From the sequence record NC_021531.1: DNA of 64,000 bases. The stretch is one strand, 5' to 3'. The notes beneath the pieces are model-generated. The model was not told the DNA's origin and made no database searches. It was given only the letters and a program-made list of their open reading frames with translations. Numbering within the stretch: the stretch's first letter is position 1; each line of letters starts with the position of its first letter. The position numbers and the translations under genes are program-made. Positions 19,775 through 27,827 of the stretch are shown here, piece after piece.

Positions 19775-20885
19775 TGCGGTAACTAAACTCGTCGGCTGTA
19801 AAAGAGTGGTATTTTTCGGTGATGTGCACCTGCTCCATGGGCGGGTGCCTACCTCTCACATAGCCAACTCGCTCGTGAAGTTGATTACCGAGTTAAAAAA
19901 TACAGCAGATGCCATTTATATAGTAGGGGATTTATTTGACGACTCGAAGCACCTTCGCTCCGATGATACGCACGACGCGTTGGACTTTATTGCATGGCTG
20001 TTGAAGTGGTGCAAAGAGACCGGAACAGCGCTGCGTATCTTGGAGGGAACCCACTCGCATGACCACGGCCAATCAAAGTTTGTGCCGCGTATCAATAAGG
20101 CGATTGGGGCTGATGTGATGTATTTGTCGGGGATTGGGATTCACCATGACCCTGTGCTGGACATGACCGTAGGTTGGGTTCAGGATGACTACAACACAAA
20201 GGCGACAGAGACAGAGCAGGAAATGGCGGAACTGATGAAAACGCGCGGTATCGACAAAGTGGATTTCTTTGTCATGCACGGTTGCTTTCATTTCCAGCTA
20301 CCTGTTTTTAGTGAGAAGTCGTTTAATGAGAGTTTCTGGGTTAAGCGTGCGAAGCGTGCCATCTTTATCGGCCATGACCACCGCCCGAAACTCAATGGCA
20401 TTATCCGCGTCACTGGAAGTCCAGAGCGCCTCGCCATGGGTGAGGAGGAAGAAAAAGGTATTACCATCGCGGACTTTACGGATGAGCATACCCGACTGTA
20501 CTTTCGCGTGAACACCGATGCGTGCATGCAGTTAACCGTGCGCGCAATGGATGACTACGATGCGCATTATCAGGCGTGTCTGGCTGCGTTAAAACGCATT
20601 GACGAATCCCCCGTACCAGAGGTGGGGCGTCTTAAGATTGAATATGCATTCGATAGTCCGATTGCCGAGCATATTGCGCGGTGGAAAAAAGAATACATAT
20701 TTAATATCAAGGGAGACAAACTTCGCGACCCGAAAGTTGAAAAGCTTTTAGTCGAGGCGTTTAGTCACACATCTGAAGTCGAGACCATCGACCCAGATAA
20801 CGTGCAATCTATTATTCTGGCAGAAATGGCCGAGCTAGAATACGACCCGAATATTGTTTCGGAGATTATTGAATCAGTACGATGA
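19746..20885 (+). CDS. SbcD/Mre11-like metallophosphoesterase nuclease
   Basis: GDVH, GDLFD, GTHSHD, HG and GHDH motifs; start likely 19746 or 19758. Confidence 0.85.
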   Translation: MPLTMETHYSAVTKLVGCKRVVFFGDVHLLHGRVPTSHIANSLVKLITELKNTADAIYIVGDLFDDSKHLRSDDTHDALDFIAWLLKWCKETGTALRILEGTHSHDHGQSKFVPRINKAIGADVMYLSGIGIHHDPVLDMTVGWVQDDYNTKATETEQEMAELMKTRGIDKVDFFVMHGCFHFQLPVFSEKSFNESFWVKRAKRAIFIGHDHRPKLNGIIRVTGSPERLAMGEEEEKGITIADFTDEHTRLYFRVNTDACMQLTVRAMDDYDAHYQACLAALKRIDESPVPEVGRLKIEYAFDSPIAEHIARWKKEYIFNIKGDKLRDPKVEKLLVEAFSHTSEVETIDPDNVQSIILAEMAELEYDPNIVSEIIESVR

Positions 20886-20894
20886 GGAGAGCTA

Positions 20895-21716
20895 ATGGCT
20901 CTGTCGACCGTTGATCGGGTTTTTGGGTTAGAATACCCCATGTCCATTGCAACGTCCCTTGCGTTTGAGGGCTTACTCCATACGGGTGAGCATGCAGCTG
21001 ATAAAGGTGAACCCCCGGTTCACAAATTCCGCGCTATCTTTGTGAATGTGCGTACCTTATTTCGCAACGTCTATAATGCGTTCGAAGATAAAAAAGCAGA
21101 ACTTGATGCAGATATTGCTCTTGCAGCAATCGAAGAAGATGTGAAAACCATTCGGGAGACGGTAGCCGCCGTCTCCCCTTCGACCATATGTGTCTTCTAC
21201 CTCTGCCAGTACAAATCAATCAACAAAGAATTCCCTCAGGCCAAGTTTAAAAATCCCACCACCCCGAACCAAACCCATTACAACTCCGTTGAGTTGGATG
21301 TGTATAAGCGCGTGGTGAAAGATGAGTTGTTTGATGTCAAGCTCTTCGATGTGGAGATTTCGAACAACGTGGACACGGTGTGCTTAACGCATTTACCTGT
21401 GGACCTGCTGTGGCAGAAGAATTTCCCTAAACTGATGTTACTGGAATCCCATACCGGGAAAGTGAAAGGCCAACTCGAGTGGTACACTAAGCTGAACGGT
21501 AAGCCAGAAAACGTTCCTTTTAATAAAGCAACCCTACAGCTGTATGGCGATGGGGTTATGTTCTCACCGGAGGATTTGAAGTCTCGTCGTGTATTGGAGA
21601 AGGTGGCTGTGAAGTTTAACTGGAACCAAGCGACGACTATGAGCCGCATTAAATCCACATTGCGCATCGCCAACGAACCGTTCTTAATCGAGTATATCGA
21701 CCGGTTAAGTAAATAA
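20895..21716 (+). CDS. conserved hypothetical protein, possible degenerate 5'-3' nuclease (PIN/FEN-like) fold
   Basis: 273-aa ORF, GAGGAG SD; IFVNVRTLFRN and CLTHLPVDLL patterns. Confidence 0.55.
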   Translation: MALSTVDRVFGLEYPMSIATSLAFEGLLHTGEHAADKGEPPVHKFRAIFVNVRTLFRNVYNAFEDKKAELDADIALAAIEEDVKTIRETVAAVSPSTICVFYLCQYKSINKEFPQAKFKNPTTPNQTHYNSVELDVYKRVVKDELFDVKLFDVEISNNVDTVCLTHLPVDLLWQKNFPKLMLLESHTGKVKGQLEWYTKLNGKPENVPFNKATLQLYGDGVMFSPEDLKSRRVLEKVAVKFNWNQATTMSRIKSTLRIANEPFLIEYIDRLSK

Positions 21717-21784
21717 CTCTTAATTTTTACGTCACCTACAATTGATGTGTAGCGTGACACCAACAACTAAAAGGACCTGTCATC

Positions 21785-22480
21785 ATGGCGTTCAACCATA
21801 AGTTTCTTAAAGACAAATCTATTCTGCCGAAAACCAAACCTGACGCACGTGGCCAGCAAAAATCCATGTCCATTGAGCCGAACATGTTCAATGGTGAGTG
21901 TGAGGGGCTGACCTTCAAATACTTCTTCGGGAAGGGCGAAGGTCTGTACCCGGCAATGAAACTGGGCACCCTGCGCGCAATCTGCGACGCGCTGGAAGAT
22001 GCCCTGCGTAACAAAGAGCAGAGCAAGCTCGAGTTCGAAATCACCAACAGTCAGAACAAACCGGCGACCATTATTACCGTGGGTCGTGGCGAAGATCTGA
22101 TTCCGTTCCTCGGTCTGTCCGGTGATGTTAACGGCCAGAAAAAGGCACAGAAGTTCATGTGGTATGCTGACAAAGGCGTGCGCTTGCTGCGTAACGGTCA
22201 GCCGGTTCCGGATCTGGAAGTGCATGAGCGTATGACCCGTACGTTCGTAAAAGAGTTCGACCTGTTTGTTCGTGCACTGGAAGACGTGTTCAATCCGCGT
22301 GAATGGAACAACAACGGTGGCGGCGGTCAAGCTAGCCGTGGTTCTTATCAGGGTGGTGGTCAGCGTCAAGGTGGTGGCTCTTATCAGGGAGGCGGCTCTT
22401 ATCAAGGCGGTGGTCAGTCTGGCGGTCAAGGCGGCGGTTCTATGGCTGCGGCGACTAACGAATACGACGAAATGTTCTAA
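21785..22480 (+). CDS. chmC: ChmC-like nucleic-acid-binding protein with G/Q/S/Y-rich C-terminal tail (phiKZ gp67-like)
   Basis: Directly upstream of the sigma-like subunit and PicA; 231 aa with disordered tail. Confidence 0.7.
   Translation: MAFNHKFLKDKSILPKTKPDARGQQKSMSIEPNMFNGECEGLTFKYFFGKGEGLYPAMKLGTLRAICDALEDALRNKEQSKLEFEITNSQNKPATIITVGRGEDLIPFLGLSGDVNGQKKAQKFMWYADKGVRLLRNGQPVPDLEVHERMTRTFVKEFDLFVRALEDVFNPREWNNNGGGGQASRGSYQGGGQRQGGGSYQGGGSYQGGGQSGGQGGGSMAAATNEYDEMF
22345..22437 (+). repeat. in-frame degenerate repeat encoding GSYQGGG units
   Basis: GGYTCTTATCARGGN repeated three times. Confidence 0.7.
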
Positions 22481-22493
22481 TCGGTGCTGGCAC

Positions 22494-22514
22494 AGGGGTG
22501 GGTTTTCCCACCCC
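22494..22514 (+). terminator. hairpin, probable terminator or mRNA stabiliser
   Basis: GGGGTGGG-TTTT-CCCACCCC; no clear U tract. Confidence 0.5.
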
Positions 22515-22533
22515 TACACTGAAAGTGGTTTGA

Positions 22534-22559
22534 AATATATGTTATCGTCGTGAATAACC
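22534..22559 (+). promoter_or_regulatory. putative early promoter
   Basis: AATATATGTTATC-GTC-GTGAATAAC. Confidence 0.55.
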
Positions 22560-22573
22560 CGAGGAGCAATCTG

Positions 22574-24214
22574 ATGAACATTGAGAAAATTCGCGAAAGC
22601 GTGGTGATTAGTCGTAACGGCGAAACCATTACTTTTAATAACGTGCCGCACATCAACCGTAAAAAGAACACGGTCAAGATTCGCATGGAAGATGATGGGG
22701 ATTTCCTGTCACGTGACCAACTGCTGTTCCTCGAACTGAATCGTCTCTGGGGTACGTTCTCCGAGAAAGAACTCGACGAAGTTTGGGAGATTTACAAGAA
22801 TGTGCAACTGCTGGTTACTGAACCGGACGATGTACGTTTTGAAGTGTTGCCGGACATGCTGCGTCGTTTGGTTGAGCTGCATTACGTCGACCGTTACATT
22901 GCACTTTACCCGCAAGACAAAGTGTGGATTCCGAAGAAGCTCGAAAACAACTTCGACAACATTTCTCCGAACTACACGGAAGCCATGACGTATCTGGTCT
23001 CTGACTATTATAACCTCATGACTTTCACTCTGGCATTGAAACCACTGATTCCGGTCTTCGCGGCATTCGGTGCGTATCCACCTGTGAAGATGAACTCACA
23101 GTCTGCTCGTCGTAAAATCGTGACCTTGACGAACGATTGCTTCGAAATTCTGCTGACGTCCAAACTGGGCAGTCATCCAGCGATTCAAAAGCTGCGCGAC
23201 TCTTTACCACACACCATCGTGAAAATTCAGAAGGAAGCCGGTTCCCAGAACTCGAATGCTCCGTCACTGACACTGATTGCGGTCGTGGAAGGTTATGGCA
23301 TCGACGCGCTGGAAGAGTACATCACAGCATTTACTGTTGTGAACATTCTGGCACTGCAACCGGTAGGTGCGGATTTCAAAGAAGGTGTGATGGATGAAAA
23401 CTCCATCGTAAGCCGCATCTTCTATGGCATTCGTCCGGAAGTGTTGAATGGGTTTGCTGATAAAATGTCAGCACACCACGTCACCGAGAAACCGCATGCG
23501 TCCACCATGAAACTCAATGGCGAGCGCGGCAAGACCTCCGTGATTGATACCGTGAATGCACGCTCTACAGCACCGATTAAAGAATCGGAACGTACGGCGT
23601 TTTACTTTACGGAGTATCGTCGAGCGTTGAAACGTATCGAAGCAGACATCGCACCAGCCCGATGCAAACAGCACATCGATGGGATTATCGAACATCATCC
23701 ACGTCCGTTCTCTGAACTGCACGAGTGGTTGGTGTCGGTGGTGTTACATCGTCATGCGCACCGCGGTACGTATAAAGATGTCGACCAGAAAGCCTTCATG
23801 CATGGCATGGGCATTGCGCAGGCAATCTGGGCAAGCTATGGAATGTTTTCGGCCGCAGCACTGCTAAGCTGTTCTGCGTTACCGGGTCGTGACGGTTTGG
23901 AATATCCGTTCCTGCCAATCGAATCCGATATCAAAGAAAAGTCGGAAATATATTATCCTCAGGCATACCGTGCGCATAAAGGTACGGAAACCATCAGTCC
24001 TTTACGTGAGTCAGTGATGATTCTGATTCGCGATTACATTAACCCGTACAGCTTCCATCTGAAAACCTCACCTGAGGTCGCAGAGATTCTGGGCGTGCAA
24101 CCGGAAGTGAAAGGTTACATCCCGGGTAAGAATCTCCAAATGGAGTTGTCCGAAATGCTACTGATTCAGGCACGACAGAAACATCGTGAACTGCATCCGT
24201 TGGCCGCCGAATAA
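22574..24214 (+). CDS. non-virion RNA polymerase sigma-like subunit (phiKZ gp68-like)
   Basis: ~546 aa, GAGGAG SD; conserved position between ChmC and PicA. Confidence 0.7.
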   Translation: MNIEKIRESVVISRNGETITFNNVPHINRKKNTVKIRMEDDGDFLSRDQLLFLELNRLWGTFSEKELDEVWEIYKNVQLLVTEPDDVRFEVLPDMLRRLVELHYVDRYIALYPQDKVWIPKKLENNFDNISPNYTEAMTYLVSDYYNLMTFTLALKPLIPVFAAFGAYPPVKMNSQSARRKIVTLTNDCFEILLTSKLGSHPAIQKLRDSLPHTIVKIQKEAGSQNSNAPSLTLIAVVEGYGIDALEEYITAFTVVNILALQPVGADFKEGVMDENSIVSRIFYGIRPEVLNGFADKMSAHHVTEKPHASTMKLNGERGKTSVIDTVNARSTAPIKESERTAFYFTEYRRALKRIEADIAPARCKQHIDGIIEHHPRPFSELHEWLVSVVLHRHAHRGTYKDVDQKAFMHGMGIAQAIWASYGMFSAAALLSCSALPGRDGLEYPFLPIESDIKEKSEIYYPQAYRAHKGTETISPLRESVMILIRDYINPYSFHLKTSPEVAEILGVQPEVKGYIPGKNLQMELSEMLLIQARQKHRELHPLAAE

Positions 24215-24252
24215 TTACACGCAACTATAAAGAACATATCGAGGAGTAATCA

Positions 24253-25971
24253 ATGAAACTGCTGCAACTGCAAATGTACCCGGTCTACGAAATCCCTGAG
24301 CAGATTCGTCGCCGAATTGCATTTAACGCAGGTACCGAAGACCTGACCCATCTGAGCGATGTGATTGTTCAGAATGGTGCGGGCGCGACCAGCGCGTTTG
24401 ATTATGGCGAAGCAATGGGTAAGATTGTAGGCTTTGACCCGACCCCGGGCAGCTTCGAGAAACCGATTGTTGATATTTCCGAACAGAACAATACTGTCAC
24501 CCCTTTCCGCTTCGAGCAGCGTAGCCGCATTTATAACTTCGTGGCGGTAGTGGTGGTAAACCCAATCAACGAAACTCGCTCGCAGGAGATTCGTTACATC
24601 CTGACCGGTTACACGTCAGAAGCCGACCCGACGTTGGCGAGCCTGTTGCCTGACGATATGGTGTTGTACATCAACGACATCTATGGCGTGCGTCTGAGCT
24701 ATAAGTACGACGCCGTCGGTAACCGCTATGTTGACCCGAACTCGTTCCAGATGGTAGACAACTATGTACTGTCGAACACACTGGTAACGCAACAGGGTAC
24801 CGAACTGACGCTGGACCCGATTGCGCTGACTAAGGCAGCCAAAACGGTTTCCAATCTGGACGTGAATCCGCTGGCAGGTGAGGAGCTTTCCTTTAGCGTC
24901 AACTCCGATAGCGTACTTGGCCCGTCACTGCAATCTGAAGCGCAACTGCTTACAGCGCAGCTGACTCGTCCGGAGTCGTTCATCGGTGCGATGTCCACGG
25001 GCTTCCTTAACTCATTACTGAATGAGCAGGAGTCTAACTCCCTGACGGGCATCAATGCGTTCTTTGATAACGGCACCATGTCACTGGAAGGTGAGATGCG
25101 TCGTCTGGGCGTAGTGAAGTCGTATAAGAACCACAACTTCGCTAACGCCATGCGTACTGCATTGTCACGTAACAACTTCGTGACCGATGCTTATCGCCAG
25201 TCTCAGGATGCTAAGTTCCGTCTGGGTGACCTGCGTGCTGTGCTGTTCAACCCGGCTGACCTCAACCGTATGCTGCAAGAATCGCTGAGCACCGCTCTGC
25301 GTAACATGCACATGGGTATTGATAAAACCGATAGCTGGACTAGCACCAACGGCTTTGCTACCGAAGCGTCATTGGTAGCGTATGACGTTGGCATGCGCAT
25401 GGGTCAGGTGATGGCTAAGAACCTGATTAATACCGTACGTGTCGTCTTTGACAACCGTATGGCGAACTTCGACACGCAGCCACAGCTGTCGGTGGTGCCG
25501 GGTTCGGCGGAGTCAATTAGTGAAGGGGGTATCCCAGCGCTGATGGCTCGCAACTTCATGCGTGAAATGATGCAGACCTTCATTGCGGCAACTCGTCACA
25601 ATGCGGTTCGTGTCAAAATGGTGGTGATTGCCCGTCTGGGTCAGGTAATCCGTATTGAGATTACGCCGGACGGTGAACCAACCACCGAGTTCTACACCTT
25701 CGCGTCGTTCATGTCTTCCCGTATGCATATCGGCCTGACCTACGACAATACTTACAACAACACCGTTGCGAAAAATACCAGCACGTTGTTCAATACAATC
25801 CAACACGGCTTTGATGAGTATACTCGTCGCGATTCCTCGAACGCGGTGATGGTCTCATTGTCGAATGTTGCTCCGTCTAACGGGTTTACGATTCCGGATT
25901 CACCGGTCTCCCAGCCCGCGTCTGGCGGGTTCTCGTTCGGCAGCGATGACGTTACTGGATTCAAACTCTAA
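24253..25971 (+). CDS. picA: PicA/Imp1 phage nuclear protein-import factor (phiKZ gp69-like)
   Basis: 572 aa, GAGGAG SD; conserved position after the sigma-like subunit. Confidence 0.7.
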   Translation: MKLLQLQMYPVYEIPEQIRRRIAFNAGTEDLTHLSDVIVQNGAGATSAFDYGEAMGKIVGFDPTPGSFEKPIVDISEQNNTVTPFRFEQRSRIYNFVAVVVVNPINETRSQEIRYILTGYTSEADPTLASLLPDDMVLYINDIYGVRLSYKYDAVGNRYVDPNSFQMVDNYVLSNTLVTQQGTELTLDPIALTKAAKTVSNLDVNPLAGEELSFSVNSDSVLGPSLQSEAQLLTAQLTRPESFIGAMSTGFLNSLLNEQESNSLTGINAFFDNGTMSLEGEMRRLGVVKSYKNHNFANAMRTALSRNNFVTDAYRQSQDAKFRLGDLRAVLFNPADLNRMLQESLSTALRNMHMGIDKTDSWTSTNGFATEASLVAYDVGMRMGQVMAKNLINTVRVVFDNRMANFDTQPQLSVVPGSAESISEGGIPALMARNFMREMMQTFIAATRHNAVRVKMVVIARLGQVIRIEITPDGEPTTEFYTFASFMSSRMHIGLTYDNTYNNTVAKNTSTLFNTIQHGFDEYTRRDSSNAVMVSLSNVAPSNGFTIPDSPVSQPASGGFSFGSDDVTGFKL

Positions 25972-25983
25972 AAGGAAACCACG

Positions 25984-27399
25984 ATGAGTACCAAGCTGAA
26001 CATTATTGACTTCTACCGCGCCCAGTTGGATTCACTGGGCTTTGGGGATAAAGATGCGTTCCTCTTCCACAAAGAAGATGGTGAGCTGACTGACCCGGTG
26101 AAGTTCAAGTACGCAGGTGAGGAGCGCCAGATGGTGCTCCCTACTTACCAGATGATTAAAGCTGGTTTGCGTGATGAGTTGGGTAACGATTGCCATGCGT
26201 ATCACCCACTGTGTGAATCGGTCATGACGGGTGAGTCCGGCACCATCCGCTTCCTTAAGCAGGCGATTAAGAATCAGCTGTACGTGAAAGGCATGAGCTT
26301 TATCACGTTCCTGATTAAGGCGCTGGCCGATGGGAAGTCTTCACGTTCCGCAACCTTTAAGAAGTTTGTGGCGGAGATGACCAAAGGCATCAAAGATCCG
26401 AAAATCGATGATAAGTTACTGCGTAGCTGGATGAACGTGGCGACGTATATCAAAGATAAGATGGATAAGAAGCAGCGCATTATGCTGAGCATCCAGCCTG
26501 ACCAGAAAATCGACGGTGCGAAATATCTGCGGGCGGCGAACTACAAGCATGCGTTCAGTGAAGAGCAGGATGACGGTACAGCAACGTACTTCGGTGTCCG
26601 TCTGGAACGTAAGCAGGACAAAGTGATTATTCACAACCTGCTCACCACCGTGTTCGGTTGGTATCCGGAAGAGATGGGGTCAAACGACCAACGTGCCTAT
26701 TACGGTTCGTTGATTCGTGGCTGGGCGGAATTCGTGTTGAAGTTTAATCAACATGCAAAAGGTCTGAAAGATATCGTTCCAGACTACGAGCTGTTGAATG
26801 ACACGTGGCTGCCTGAGCTGGACAACATGCGTGAGTACGACGGGAAAATTCAAACCCTGCCGTACAATACCGGTAGTCGTGATGCCAATGTCGAAACCAC
26901 GCAGAAAGATTTCCGTGTGGGTGGACAACGTAGTTACGAAGAGCCGGTTGCGCAGACTGCGACGGAAATCCGCAAAACGGAGAACGGGTTAATTGACCCT
27001 CTGTCTCTGTTGTCTCCGAAAACGGCACCGAACTCCGGTAACGTGTTTGTGAACGGTACCCGTCAGGTTGACCTGTCACAATACGCACCGATTGAACAGA
27101 AGCTGATTCGCGAAGGCCGTACTCAGGCACAGCCGTCGAAAATCTCTTCTATTCCGTTGTCACAAGCACTGGGTGGTGGTCATACGCCGCGTGCGGGAAG
27201 CGCTGCTGATTTCTTCGGCGGTAACACTGGTAACGTGTTCACCAACACAACCAGTAACAGCAACCCGTTCACCAGTACCACTTCCAGCAATCCGTTTGCA
27301 GCTGCGTCGAATAACAATCCGTTCACCGGGGGTGGTAACAATAACCCATTCGGTGGTGGCGGTAGTAACGACAACAGTTTGTTTAGCGGTATGCTGTAA
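25984..27399 (+). CDS. conserved chimallivirus protein (phiKZ gp70-like) with NPF-repeat tail
   Basis: 471 aa, AAGGA SD; synteny; low-complexity C-terminus. Confidence 0.7.
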   Translation: MSTKLNIIDFYRAQLDSLGFGDKDAFLFHKEDGELTDPVKFKYAGEERQMVLPTYQMIKAGLRDELGNDCHAYHPLCESVMTGESGTIRFLKQAIKNQLYVKGMSFITFLIKALADGKSSRSATFKKFVAEMTKGIKDPKIDDKLLRSWMNVATYIKDKMDKKQRIMLSIQPDQKIDGAKYLRAANYKHAFSEEQDDGTATYFGVRLERKQDKVIIHNLLTTVFGWYPEEMGSNDQRAYYGSLIRGWAEFVLKFNQHAKGLKDIVPDYELLNDTWLPELDNMREYDGKIQTLPYNTGSRDANVETTQKDFRVGGQRSYEEPVAQTATEIRKTENGLIDPLSLLSPKTAPNSGNVFVNGTRQVDLSQYAPIEQKLIREGRTQAQPSKISSIPLSQALGGGHTPRAGSAADFFGGNTGNVFTNTTSNSNPFTSTTSSNPFAAASNNNPFTGGGNNNPFGGGGSNDNSLFSGML

Positions 27400-27400
27400 G

Positions 27401-27437
27401 CAAAAAATAAATAAGGGGTTAGCACCCCTTATTTTTT
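27401..27437. terminator. bidirectional intrinsic terminator
   Basis: AAATAAGGGGT-TAGC-ACCCCTTATTT flanked by A and T tracts between convergent genes. Confidence 0.85.
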
Positions 27438-27760
27438 TAAACGACCGCGGAGTCCAAGATGCTGGCTACCACACCGATGTCCGGAATCATCAATGTCTGG
27501 ATATCAGGGGTAAACTCCATCGGGCTTCGCAGATTGTTTAAAAGCATGATTGGGAAGACCAGTTCGCTTGGGATACCGGCCAGTCTGCAATACGCATACA
27601 GGCTGTGCATCTCCGGATACGAGTAGCGTGGGTCTACCGCTACTGCTTTCTTTGTGTCCGGATGGTTCCGCAAGTAGTCGAGATGGTCAATGATGAGTTG
27701 GCGCTCTATTGTGCTAAGGGCAGGAATGGCCGACTCGTAAGTTACAAAGCTATCAAGCAC
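27437..27760 (-). CDS. small protein with LysM-like (T4 gp53 / tail-X type) pattern
   Basis: GTG start with AAGGAGG SD; IMLLNNLRSPMEF..IQTLMIPD pattern. Confidence 0.55.
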   Translation of the reverse strand: MLDSFVTYESAIPALSTIERQLIIDHLDYLRNHPDTKKAVAVDPRYSYPEMHSLYAYCRLAGIPSELVFPIMLLNNLRSPMEFTPDIQTLMIPDIGVVASILDSAVV

Positions 27761-27782
27761 AACTTCCTCCTTTAAAATAAAT

Positions 27783-27809
27783 TAACATATATGTTATCTT
27801 GGTGTAAAC
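27783..27809 (+). promoter_or_regulatory. palindromic early promoter / divergent control site
   Basis: TAACATATATGTTA palindrome within CATATATGTTATC-TTG-GTGTAAAC. Confidence 0.55.
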
Positions 27810-27827
27810 CTGTGAGGAGTATTAAGA

